A DNA stretch of 62,509 bases, filler included, from Sandaracinaceae bacterium (GTDB lineage Bacteria > Myxococcota_A > Polyangia > Polyangiales > JADJQN01), in assembly GCA_947483975.1 (NCBI GenBank). It is 9 parts of 9 records of this genome, joined end to end, with 100 filler letters (N's around TTAATTAATTAA, not from the genome) between each part and the next. Parts side by side here need not be neighbours in the genome. Positions count along the whole stretch, not along the records: positions 1 to 7,024 come from CANKOL010000284.1; positions 7,125 to 14,106 come from CANKOL010000285.1; 7 more parts are not named here. One strand, given 5' to 3'. Positions 1 through 8,623 of this stretch are shown here, in pieces. Positions within the stretch are counted from its first letter, which is position 1. Each line of letters begins with the position of its first letter. The notes below the pieces were generated by a model that was given only the letters and a program-made list of their open reading frames with translations, did no database searches and was not told where the DNA came from. A program made the position numbers and the translations under genes.

Positions 1-186
1 CGCGGGGCTCGGGCGCCCGTCGGGCATCACCTTGCAGCCCGCGACGACGATCGCGTCCCAGGTCCCGCTCACGGGCGCTGCGCGCTGTCCGTAGACATCG
101 AGCGACAGCGCCGCGAGCGCCCAGCCGAGCAGCAACAGACCCACCGCGCCTGCGAGCATTCGTCTTCGCTTGCCGGCGCGGTTCAC
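1..186 (-). CDS. YdcF/DUF218 (ElyC/SanA-like) family protein, N-terminal part, truncated by window start
   Basis: Manual translation VNRAGKRRRMLAGAVGLLLLGWALAALSLDVYGQ...WDAIVVAGCKVMPDGRPSPA: N-terminal TM helix, then the DAIVVxG..DGxPS motif of DUF218. Confidence 0.7.
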   Translation of the reverse strand, partial: MNRAGKRRRMLAGAVGLLLLGWALAALSLDVYGQRAAPVSGTWDAIVVAGCKVMPDGRPSPA

Positions 187-198
187 TGCACGCGACGA

Positions 199-1560
199 CT
201 ACGGCTTGCGAGGCGCGGGCGCGCGGGGCGACGCGAAGCCACCCGGCGGCGTGTTCGTCGGGACGCCCTGCGGCGGGCGCTGCGACACCGGGCGCGGGAC
301 GCTCGGCGTCGGCGTCGGCGAGTCGAACTTCTCGCGCAGCAGCTTCGGCACATCGATGCCCGTCGCCGCGCGCAGCTGCTCGCTCGCGCCGAGGAGCTTC
401 GACGCGAGCGGCGCGCTGCCGTCCTGTCCGCTCGGGCTCGGCCCGATGATCGTGAGGCGGTCGACGCGCAGCGCGCTGAGCGGCACCGTCAGCCGCCCGA
501 GGAGCGGGATCAGCTTCTGCATCAGGAGCACATCGCGCCCCGCCGGACCGCTCAGCTGATACTGCTTCGCGAGGCTGGCGAGCACGCTCGCCGTCGCGCG
601 CCCTTGCTCGATGATCAGCGCCGCGGCGCCCTTCGCCGCCTCCTCCGCGAAGCGCCGCTGCGCCTCGGCGGGCTGCACGACCTCCGCGAGGAGCTGCAGC
701 TTCACCTGCTCGATGCGCGCGAGCTGAAGCTGCGCCTCCGCCTGCGCCTGCGCGATGTTGGCCTGCACCTCGGCGCGCTGCTCGGCGATCATCGCCTCTC
801 GGCGCGACTGCGCGTCGACGATGCGGCGGTTGTTCCGCTGGTTGGCGACCGCGATCTGCGCCTCGAGCTTGGAGATCTCGGCGTTCATCGTGTTCTGCCA
901 CTTCTGCTCGGCGGTCTGCGCCTGCGCGTCCGCCTCGGCGACGACCGCCGAGAGCCGCACCTTCGCGCTCCGCATACGCCCGATCGAGCTGAGGTAGCCG
1001 ACCTCGTCCGTCACCTGCTGGATCTTCAAGGTGTCGAGCACGAGCCCGAGCTTCGAGAGGTCCTGCTCCGCCTCATCCGTCAGCTTGCTGGCGAAGGCTT
1101 CCTTGTCGGTGTTGACCTGCTCGGGCGTCAGCGTCGCGAGCACGCCGCGGAGGTTGCCCTCGAGCGTCTGCTGCGCGACCTGCATGATCTGCGCGCGCGT
1201 GTAGCCGAGGAAGCGCTGCAGCGTGTTGTGGATCAGCGGCTCTTCGCCGGGGACCTTGATGTTCGCGACGCCCTGCACCGTCAGCGGGATGCCGCCCTTC
1301 GAGTACGCGCCGCGGATCGCGAGCTCGATCGTCATGTTGGTGAGGTCCATGCGATCGACGACCTCGAGCAGCGGCACGCGCAGCGTGCGACCGCCCTTGA
1401 CGATGCGATAGCCGACCTCGCCCTGCGCGCTCATGCGCGTGCGACCCGAGAAGATCAGCACCTCGTTGGGCTGACAGACGTAGAGCACGTTCTTCACGAC
1501 CAAGAGGATCGTGAGGAAGCAGACGGCCGCGATCGAGATCAGCGCGACGAGGGCTCCCAT
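199..1560 (-). CDS. Flotillin/SPFH domain protein (copy 2)
   Basis: N-terminal TM, PNEVLIFSG, TLEGNLRGVLATLTPEQVN..D, Ala/Glu-rich coiled coil; GGAGG 6 nt before the ATG at 1560, which overlaps the upstream stop. Confidence 0.9.
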   Translation of the reverse strand: MGALVALISIAAVCFLTILLVVKNVLYVCQPNEVLIFSGRTRMSAQGEVGYRIVKGGRTLRVPLLEVVDRMDLTNMTIELAIRGAYSKGGIPLTVQGVANIKVPGEEPLIHNTLQRFLGYTRAQIMQVAQQTLEGNLRGVLATLTPEQVNTDKEAFASKLTDEAEQDLSKLGLVLDTLKIQQVTDEVGYLSSIGRMRSAKVRLSAVVAEADAQAQTAEQKWQNTMNAEISKLEAQIAVANQRNNRRIVDAQSRREAMIAEQRAEVQANIAQAQAEAQLQLARIEQVKLQLLAEVVQPAEAQRRFAEEAAKGAAALIIEQGRATASVLASLAKQYQLSGPAGRDVLLMQKLIPLLGRLTVPLSALRVDRLTIIGPSPSGQDGSAPLASKLLGASEQLRAATGIDVPKLLREKFDSPTPTPSVPRPVSQRPPQGVPTNTPPGGFASPRAPAPRKP

Positions 1561-2927
1561 CACGCACCTCCCTTCGCCGCGAGGGCTCTGCTGCCGTCGG
1601 CGTCGAGGATCGCCGTGACGTCGACGCCCGTCGTGTCGCGGAGCGCGTGCAGCACCGCGGCGACCATCTGCGGGTAGCTCGCCGCGTAGCTCGCGAGCCC
1701 GCGTCCGTCGCCCTGGTCGATCACGTTGACCTCTCCGACGTTGAGGCCGCTCATCTGCGAGACGACCGTGCCGACGATCTCATCGAGGTGCTGGATCACG
1801 TACAGCTCCTTCGCCTTGTCGCCCATGGTGATCCAGGCGTCGCTCATCGCGCGGAGCACCTCGACCTGCGCGGCGCCGTTCTCGAGCGTCGGCGCGGCCT
1901 CGCCCTTCGCGAGGATCGTGCGCGCCTGCCGGTCGATCTCCGCGGGGATGATCACGTCGGCCATCAGGCGCCGCTGCTCGAGCTCGTTGCGGATCGCCTG
2001 CAGGTCCTTCTCGGCCTCGGCGCGCGCGGTCTTGGCGGCGGCCTCGGCCTCACGCTCGACGGCCGTCGCGTTGCCGTCGAGCTCCGCCATGATTCGCCGG
2101 ACCTCGTTGCGCTTCTGCGCGACGGCCGTCTCGCCGATCTCCTTCGCGACCTCGGCGCGGCGCTGTGACGTCGCCTGCGCCTGCGCCGTCTCTTGCATCG
2201 CTTGGTTCTCGGAGTTCTCCGCGTCGCGGAGCGCGCCGGCGATGCGCGGGCGGCCGAGCGAGTCGAGGTAGCCCGTCTCGTCGGCGACGTTCTGGATCTT
2301 CAGCGTGTCGAGCTGCAGCCCGAGCTTGTCGAAGTCCGCCTCCGCCGCGTGCGCGAGGTTCTCCGCGAACTTGAGGCGGTCCTCGTTGACCTCCTCCGGC
2401 GTCATGCGCGCGAGCACCTCACGGAGCGCGCCCTCGAGCGTCTGCTGCGCGACGACCTGAATCTCCCCCGTCGAGCGGCCGAGGAAGCGCTCGATCGCGT
2501 TCGGCAGCAGGCGCTCGTCGCCGTTGATCTTCACGTTCGCGATCGCGTGGATCTGCAGCGGGATATTCCCCATCGAGTACGCGTTCTGCACGACGACGTC
2601 GATCGGCACGAGGCGCATATCCATCGAGTCGACGCGCTCGAGCACCGGGATGCGGAACGCGCGGCGTCCCTGCGTCACGATGCGATAGCCGAGCTTGGTG
2701 CCGTCGGGCGCCTCGTAGCTCTTGCCGCTGAAGATCAGCGCCTCGTTCGGTCGCGCGATGTAGAGGAACTGCCGCACGACCCAGACGAGGAAGAGGATGC
2801 CGACGGCGACGCCGACGGCGACCGCGACGACGAGCCAGAGCGTCTGCTCGGCGCCGATGAACGAGGCGAGCCCGCCCGCGCTCTGCGGGACCTCGGGCGT
2901 TCCATACTGTGGAAACGGCTGTGACAT
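1560..2927 (-). CDS. Flotillin/SPFH domain protein (copy 1)
   Basis: PNEALIFSG, TLEGALREVLARMTPEEVNEDR, LGLQLDTLKIQNV, AEA-rich coiled coil; paralog of the adjacent gene. Confidence 0.9.
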   Translation of the reverse strand: MSQPFPQYGTPEVPQSAGGLASFIGAEQTLWLVVAVAVGVAVGILFLVWVVRQFLYIARPNEALIFSGKSYEAPDGTKLGYRIVTQGRRAFRIPVLERVDSMDMRLVPIDVVVQNAYSMGNIPLQIHAIANVKINGDERLLPNAIERFLGRSTGEIQVVAQQTLEGALREVLARMTPEEVNEDRLKFAENLAHAAEADFDKLGLQLDTLKIQNVADETGYLDSLGRPRIAGALRDAENSENQAMQETAQAQATSQRRAEVAKEIGETAVAQKRNEVRRIMAELDGNATAVEREAEAAAKTARAEAEKDLQAIRNELEQRRLMADVIIPAEIDRQARTILAKGEAAPTLENGAAQVEVLRAMSDAWITMGDKAKELYVIQHLDEIVGTVVSQMSGLNVGEVNVIDQGDGRGLASYAASYPQMVAAVLHALRDTTGVDVTAILDADGSRALAAKGGA

Positions 2928-2939
2928 GGGCTCCCCTTG

Positions 2940-3503
2940 CTATCTTTCGAGGCGCGCAACTCGCGCCGTCGTGCCATCCATCTCGACGATCAGCACTTCG
3001 TCTTTGATCGCGAACGGGACCTCGTCGTCGGACGTCGCGAGCACGTCGATCATCGAGCCCTTGAGCGTCAGCCGCACCTTGCCGAGCAGCCCCTTGCCGG
3101 CGGGCACGAGCACGACGGCGGTCTTGCCGATGTAGTCCGCAGACGAGGACGCGCTGTTCGTCTCCTTGCCCGAGAGCTGCTTGACGATCAGCGACGCGCC
3201 GAACCCCGCCCCGAAGCCCATCACGAGCGCGGCGAGCGCCGACACCGGCCAGGGCGCGAGCTCGAGCGTCGTGAAGACGATGCCCGTCAGCCCGAAGAAC
3301 GCGAGGAAGAACGTCCAGAAGCGCAGCGACACGAGCATCGCGAGCGCGCCGCCGAACGCGCCGGGCGCGTGGTCCTCAGCGCCGGCGTGCCCCGCGCCAT
3401 CGGCTTGCGCGTCGGCGTCGTGTCCCCCGCCGCCGAGCACGATCGAGGCGCCGAGCAAGATTCCGCCCGCGATCAGTGAGAACAGGTAGCCGTAGAACAG
3501 CAT
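2940..3503 (-). CDS. NfeD-like (YuaF/YqiJ-type) membrane protein with C-terminal OB fold
   Basis: Hydrophobic helices, His/Asp-rich loop, C-terminal IGKTAVV...GKVRL...EVLIVEMDGTTARV; directly upstream of flotillins. Confidence 0.8.
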   Translation of the reverse strand: MLFYGYLFSLIAGGILLGASIVLGGGGHDADAQADGAGHAGAEDHAPGAFGGALAMLVSLRFWTFFLAFFGLTGIVFTTLELAPWPVSALAALVMGFGAGFGASLIVKQLSGKETNSASSSADYIGKTAVVLVPAGKGLLGKVRLTLKGSMIDVLATSDDEVPFAIKDEVLIVEMDGTTARVARLER

Positions 3504-3628
3504 CAGCGAGACCCCCGTACGCCGCGAGGGAGCCGCGGCGCCGCGCAGTTTACTCCGCGGGTGCTCGCGTGCACGCGGGGCGGACGGGCGCCGTCCGGCG
3601 CGCCCGCGGCGAGCGCGCGGAGCGTCGC

Positions 3629-4375
3629 CTACAACCGAACGCGCAGCGCGAACGCGGGCGTCAGCGCGAGCCCGCGCGCGCCTGCGTGCGTGTCTCCGAG
3701 GCGCCCAGAGTAGCTCTCGTAGTCGGCCGCCAGCTCGACGAGGCCGCTGACGGTCTTGAGCCCGAGCGCGAGCCCGAAGACGCCGCCCGCCCGCAGCACG
3801 AGCGCCGACGCGTCGACCGGCCCGCTCGGTCGCTCGAGGCCCGCGCCCGAGACCGCGAGCAGCCCGAAGCGGACGCCCGCCCAGACCTCGTAGACGCCGC
3901 TGAAGCTGCGCGTCAGCAGCGCGAACACATCCGTCCCGAGCCCCGAGGCGCTGAAGCCCTGCGGCCCGGTCCAGCGCGCCTCGGGCGCGACGCCGAGCAG
4001 CAGCGAGGCTGCGCCCGCGTCATCGAGCGGCAGCGAGAGGCGCGCGGCGACGCTCGCCGCCGAGCCAGCCACCGTCAGCCCGAGGTCCATGCGTCGCGTC
4101 AGCCCGAGGCGCGCGGCGAGCACGGGCACCGCGCCCTCGCGCCCAGCGAGCGTCAGCAGATCCGCCTCGGCGCTCCCCGGCTGAGCCGCGCGACGCAGCG
4201 CCCCGACCGGCGTCCGCACGGCGGCGCCGAGTAACAGATCTCCGCGCCCGCGCAGCGTCGTGCTCGCTCCTGCGAGGAGCGGCGTCGCCGGGGCACAAGC
4301 CGCGCACAGGAGGCTGGCGAGCCCCGCGAGCATCGCCCCGCGCAAGGCGCGACGGCTCAGCAGGGCTGCCCTCAT
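3629..4375 (-). CDS. Hypothetical lipoprotein with predicted beta-barrel-like C-terminus
   Basis: Lipobox-like LCAAC, amphipathic beta-strand pattern, ends PAFALRVRL. Confidence 0.6.
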   Translation of the reverse strand: MRAALLSRRALRGAMLAGLASLLCAACAPATPLLAGASTTLRGRGDLLLGAAVRTPVGALRRAAQPGSAEADLLTLAGREGAVPVLAARLGLTRRMDLGLTVAGSAASVAARLSLPLDDAGAASLLLGVAPEARWTGPQGFSASGLGTDVFALLTRSFSGVYEVWAGVRFGLLAVSGAGLERPSGPVDASALVLRAGGVFGLALGLKTVSGLVELAADYESYSGRLGDTHAGARGLALTPAFALRVRL

Positions 4376-4385
4376 GTGCGGGTGC

Positions 4386-4691
4386 TTACTTGCGGAAGCG
4401 CGACGGGAACGTGCCCGACGCGATCTTGCCGGTCAGCGCAGCGTCGTCCGCGTGCAGCGTGACGGCGCGCGCGGCGAGCACGGCTTCGGTCTCGGTGTTG
4501 TTCGGATCGGGCAGGCAGCACTCGACCGGGCACACGGCTTGGCACGCCTCATGGGCGTTGAAGCCGACGCACTCCGTGCAGAGGCTGGCGTCGATCTGAT
4601 AGGTCTCGTCGCCCTCGCTGATGGCCTGGTTCGGACACTCAGGCTCGCAGGCGCCACAGTTGATGCAGTCGCTCGTGATGTAAGTCGCCAT
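4386..4691 (-). CDS. YfhL-family 2x[4Fe-4S] ferredoxin
   Basis: CINCGACEPECPN and CTECVG...CQAVCPVECC motifs. Confidence 0.92.
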   Translation of the reverse strand: MATYITSDCINCGACEPECPNQAISEGDETYQIDASLCTECVGFNAHEACQAVCPVECCLPDPNNTETEAVLAARAVTLHADDAALTGKIASGTFPSRFRK

Positions 4692-4774
4692 CGAAGATGC
4701 TCTCCGTCGTTGGGGTGACTGCTTCTATGCCCGCGGCTCGCGCGGGTCAACACCTTCGCGCAGGTCCGGGGCGG

Positions 4775-6226
4775 TCAGCCGATCGTACGCAACCGACGCC
4801 GGCGCGCGCCGGGCGGCGGCTCGGGGGCCACGCCGCTCTCGTCGTAGAGATCCGCGACGAGGTCGTAGTCCGCCGCGTGCGTCACGATGGCCTTCGTGAT
4901 CGTGCCGATGGCCGCGGTGCCGTTCGCGAGGAAGACCTTGCCGTCGATCTCCGGCGCCTGCCCGCGGTGCCGTCCCTCGAGCAGGAATTCGCTCTCGTCG
5001 CTGACGCCCTCGACGAGCACCTCGAGCTCTCGCCCGATCATCGCCTTGAGCTTGCGCTTGCTGATCGCGCGCTGGAGCGTCATCAGCTTGCGGTGCCGCG
5101 CCGCCGCGACCTTCGCCGGCACATCGTCGTCCATCGCGCCCGAGCGCGTCTCCTCCTCGTGGGAGTAGCGAAACGCGACGACGCGATCGAGCTCCGCCCA
5201 GCGCACGAAGTCGCAGAGCTCCTCGAAGTCCGCGTCCGTCTCGCCTGGGTGCCCGACGATGAACGCCGAGCGGAACGTCAGGTCCGGCACGCGCTTGCGC
5301 AGCGTCTCGACGACCTCACGCAGCCGCGGCGCGTAGTGCCCGCGGCGCATGCGGCGCAGCATCGACGTGCTCGCGTGCTGCAGCGGCATATCGACGTACG
5401 GCAGCACGACGGGGTGATGCGCGAGCAGCTCGAGGAGCGGGTCCGAGAGCTTCTCCGGATACAGGTAGAAGATGCGCAGCCAGCGCAGCCCGGGCACGTC
5501 GGCGACGCGCCGCACGAGCGTCGCGAGGTCGCTCTTCCCTTCGAGATCGCGCCCGAACGCGATCGTGTCCTGCGAGACGAGGTTGACCTCGACGGTGCCG
5601 AGCGCGACGAGCTGCTCCACCTCGCGCACGACGTCGTCGATCGAGCGCGAGCGCTGCTTGCCGCGGATGTCGGGGATCGCGCAGAAGCTGCAAGTGCGGT
5701 TGCAGCCCTCGGCGATCTTCACGTACGCGCTGTGTCGCGCCGCCGAGAGCGCGCGCGGATCGGTCGCGCGGTAGAGGTAGTCCGCCGGGTTGCCGACCAT
5801 CATGCGCGCGGCGGGGTGCTCGAGGGACGACGCGAGCACGTCCTTCAGCTTGAGCATGTCGCTCGAGCCGAGGAAGTGATCGACCTCGGGCATCTCGACG
5901 GCGAGCTGCTCCGGATAGCGCTGCGAGAGGCAGCCCGAGACGACGAGCCGCTCGCAGGAGCCGCTCTCCTTGAACGCGCCCATCGCGAGGATGGTGTCGA
6001 CGCTCTCTTCCTTCGCCTCGCCGATGAAGCCGCAGGTGTTGACGACGATGACGGTCGCGTCCTCCGGGCGCGCGACGAGGTCGTAGCCCGAGAGCCCCGA
6101 GACGCCGAGCATGACCTCGGTGTCCACGCGGTTCTTCGGGCAGCCGAGCGAGATGAAGTGGATGGTCTTGCGTTGCGCGGGCTTCTTCGGGGCGGTCTTC
6201 TTCGGCACGGCAGGTCTGCGGCTCAT
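4775..6226 (-). CDS. rimO: Ribosomal protein S12 methylthiotransferase RimO
   Basis: SLGCPKNRVD, VNTCGFI..AKEES, YVKIAEGCNRTCSFCAIP radical SAM motif, APEIDG TRAM end; ATG at 6226 overlaps the upstream TGA. Confidence 0.95.
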   Translation of the reverse strand: MSRRPAVPKKTAPKKPAQRKTIHFISLGCPKNRVDTEVMLGVSGLSGYDLVARPEDATVIVVNTCGFIGEAKEESVDTILAMGAFKESGSCERLVVSGCLSQRYPEQLAVEMPEVDHFLGSSDMLKLKDVLASSLEHPAARMMVGNPADYLYRATDPRALSAARHSAYVKIAEGCNRTCSFCAIPDIRGKQRSRSIDDVVREVEQLVALGTVEVNLVSQDTIAFGRDLEGKSDLATLVRRVADVPGLRWLRIFYLYPEKLSDPLLELLAHHPVVLPYVDMPLQHASTSMLRRMRRGHYAPRLREVVETLRKRVPDLTFRSAFIVGHPGETDADFEELCDFVRWAELDRVVAFRYSHEEETRSGAMDDDVPAKVAAARHRKLMTLQRAISKRKLKAMIGRELEVLVEGVSDESEFLLEGRHRGQAPEIDGKVFLANGTAAIGTITKAIVTHAADYDLVADLYDESGVAPEPPPGARRRRLRTIG

Positions 6227-7024
6227 AGCTCGTACGCGAGCCCGAGCCAAAGCCTGAAGAGCGCGCCCGTGCCGAAGCGGTCGGCGCGCGCGAGGCCGTA
6301 GCCGCCCTCGACCAAGGCGAAGACCATCGTGTCGCCCGAGACGAGCACCTCCGCTGCGGCCGTCGCGTACGCCTCGCCGAACGCCTCGACGCGCTCGCCC
6401 GCGACGTCGCTGAGGCCGCCTCCGACGAGCGCGCCGATGGTCAGCGTCGCCTCCTCAGAGGCCCGCCCCCCGAGGAGCACGCCCGCGTCGAGCCGCGCGC
6501 CCCAGCCGAACTCGTTGGCCCGCGGGCCCTCTTCGCCGACGAGCACGGCCTGCCCGAACGTGAACCCAGGGCGCAGCGCGAGGGCGAGCGCGAGCCCGCC
6601 GCGCTCGTGCACCCGGTAGCGCACCGGCAGCTGCACATCGCCGCCGATGCCGCCGCTGATCCCCATCAGGGGCGAGCCGTAGTTGACCGCGACGCGCGCC
6701 CCCACGTTGAGGCGGGCGCTCGGCGCGAGCGCGAGCTCCACGAAGAGCCCGGGCCAGCCGACCCCCGCCGCCATCGCCGAGTGCCCCGCCTCGAGCGTGC
6801 GTCCGCTCCAGAGCGAGGTCAGCCCCGAGGTCGGCCGCAGGGGCGGCTCCGCGTCCTCGTCGTCGGTCAGCGCCGCTGTGCTGTCATCGGTCGCGCCTTC
6901 GTCTGTCGCGCCGCCCTCTGTCGCGCGTTCGCCGGTCGCGCCCTCGCCCGCTGCGTCTTGGGCGAGCGCGCGCGGCGCCCCGAGCCCCGCGAACAGCGCG
7001 GCGGCGAACAGCGCGGCGGCGAAC
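6223..7024 (-). CDS. Hypothetical outer-membrane beta-barrel-like protein, 5' truncated by contig end
   Basis: Frame appears open toward the contig edge, with signal-peptide-like segment, Asp/Thr-rich linker and amphipathic strands ending LWLGLAYEL. Confidence 0.55.
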
Positions 7025-7124
7025 NNNNNNNNNNNNNNNNNNNNNNNNNNNNNNNNNNNNNNNNNNNNTTAATTAATTAANNNNNNNNNNNNNNNNNNNN
7101 NNNNNNNNNNNNNNNNNNNNNNNN
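7025..7124. other. Artificial contig linker N44-TTAATTAATTAA-N44 (also at 14107-14206, 21155-21254, 28143-28242, 35063-35162, 41952-42051, 48834-48933, 55678-55777)
   Basis: Identical 100-nt spacer with stops in all six frames; flanking contigs decrease monotonically in length (7024, 6982, 6948, 6888, 6820, 6789, 6782, 6744, 6732). Confidence 0.98.
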
Positions 7125-7418
7125 AAACGCTCTCGCCGGGAGAAGCGGCAGCAAACGGAGAAGACGGAACGCGAGCCCTCGCTGTCGCCGCGAGCCGTCC
7201 GCGCCACCGCCGAGACGCTGCGCGCTCCGCCGTCGACGCCGAGCGCGCAGGTTCCGATCGCCGAGGAGGTCGTACCGCGCGCGCCGTCCGACGAGGCGGC
7301 TGTGCACGTCCATGGCGCGAAGCCGCCGGGGCTCTCACAGAACGTGCGCACGCTCGCCCTGCTCCTCGTCGGTGCGCTCCTGGGCGCGGTCGCGACAGCG
7401 CTCGCGCTGAGGCACTGA
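7125..7418 (+). CDS. C-terminal fragment of membrane-anchored protein, 5' truncated
   Basis: Open frame from contig start: Pro-rich linker, then TM helix TLALLLVGALLGAVATALAL, RH, stop. Confidence 0.55.
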   Translation, partial: KRSRREKRQQTEKTEREPSLSPRAVRATAETLRAPPSTPSAQVPIAEEVVPRAPSDEAAVHVHGAKPPGLSQNVRTLALLLVGALLGAVATALALRH

Positions 7419-7483
7419 CCCGCTGACGCAATGACCCGCTGACGCACTGCCCCCCCGACGCACTGACCCGCCGCGTCGCTGAC
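7412..7483. repeat. Degenerate octamer tandem repeat (consensus nCrCTGAC, ~9 units, 16-bp higher-order period)
   Basis: gcactgac ccgctgac gcaatgac ccgctgac gcactgcc cccccgac gcactgac ccgccgcg tcgctgac. Confidence 0.8.
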
Positions 7484-7600
7484 GCGCGGCACGGCGTGGC
7501 ACAGCCGCGGCACGGCTGACCGACGGGCGACGACGCGGCGTGCGCAACGCGCGCGGGCAAATCAAGCGATGCGTCGCCTTTCGTGGAGCAAGGCGTGCGC

Positions 7601-7616
7601 TGGCACGCACCTCGCA
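7601..7616 (+). promoter_or_regulatory. Possible sigma54 (-24/-12) promoter
   Basis: TGGCACGCACCTCGCA = GG-N10-GC just upstream of ATG 7629; -12 element imperfect. Confidence 0.3.
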
Positions 7617-7628
7617 GACGCACCTCCC

Positions 7629-8477
7629 ATGACTTCATGGCGCTGGCTCGCACCGCTCGCGGTCGCTCTCGCGCTCGGGTCCGCTTGCTCTCCGACGCTC
7701 TCCTCCCTCGAGCCGGCGCGCACGATCCCCGCGGGCCATGTGCAGGTGACGAGCGGGCTCGACGTCTCCTTGCCGAGCGGCGACGTGCGCGACGCGCTCG
7801 AGGGCGCGCGCGGCATGGGGCACGGCGGCGGGGCGCTCTCTCCGCAGGACGCGACGACGCTGGTGCGCGCGGGCACGGCGGTGGTCGTGCAGCCCCCGTC
7901 GGTCGGCGGGAGCGTCTCTGCGGCGGTGGGCCTCTCGCAGCGGTTCGCGCTCAGCCTACGCGCGAGCGGAAACGCCGCGCGCGCCGCGGTGCGCTGGCAG
8001 TTTCTGCGCGTCGCGCCGGGCTTCTACGGCTCGCTCGGCGTCGGCGTGAGCACCTACTTTTACGGCTTCCCGGTGCAGCAGTTCGTCTCGGACCTCACGC
8101 TCGACGACTTCTCACGCGTCGAGCTCGATGTGCCGCTGAGCTTCGGCGTCAGCGGCAAGGTGGGGCACCTCTGGTTCGGGCCGAAGCTCGTCTTCTCGCG
8201 CTACGACGCGCACCTCACCGCGTGCCTCTCTCCAGGCGACAGCGGCTGCGCGCGCGAGGCGACGCTCGGCGTCGGCGGCACGGCGTTCTACGTCGCGGGA
8301 CAGCTCGGCGCGGCCATCGGCTGGAAGCGCGTGTGGTTCGCCGCGGAGCTGACGGTGGCTTACGTCAGCGCGGGCGCGGACGTCGAGCTCTCGATGGGCG
8401 GGCACTCGAGCTCGCACCACATCAGCTCGGACGGCGTCGTGCTGCAGCCCGCCGTCGGGCTGCTCGTCTGGCTCTGA
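7629..8477 (+). CDS. Hypothetical lipoprotein with predicted beta-barrel-like fold
   Basis: Lipobox LGSAC, SSLEPARTIPAG motif, amphipathic strands, ends PAVGLLVWL. Confidence 0.7.
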   Translation: MTSWRWLAPLAVALALGSACSPTLSSLEPARTIPAGHVQVTSGLDVSLPSGDVRDALEGARGMGHGGGALSPQDATTLVRAGTAVVVQPPSVGGSVSAAVGLSQRFALSLRASGNAARAAVRWQFLRVAPGFYGSLGVGVSTYFYGFPVQQFVSDLTLDDFSRVELDVPLSFGVSGKVGHLWFGPKLVFSRYDAHLTACLSPGDSGCAREATLGVGGTAFYVAGQLGAAIGWKRVWFAAELTVAYVSAGADVELSMGGHSSSHHISSDGVVLQPAVGLLVWL

Positions 8478-8623
8478 GCCGTGCGCGAGGGCGCAGCGCC
8501 GGAATGATGCGCCGCGGCGCGCTTTACGCTTTGCCTCAGCGTCGCGCGCGAGTTGCGCCCACCGCCCCAGAGCGTATCCCTGACGGCCCCCGCGGCCGGC
8601 CCGCCACGCCTGGAGTCCTCGCC

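Noticed and set aside
7412..7483. Possible CRISPR array (PT repeats at 50101-50340 also considered)
   Set aside because: Units are 6-16 bp with no unique spacers, and there are no cas genes
7583..8623. Long N-terminal extensions in the ORF track (7583, 38023, 59665, 60426 on +; 34197, 52530, 59542 on -)
   Set aside because: They overlap other genes, the tRNA or intergenic DNA; downstream starts with an RBS or signal peptide fit better
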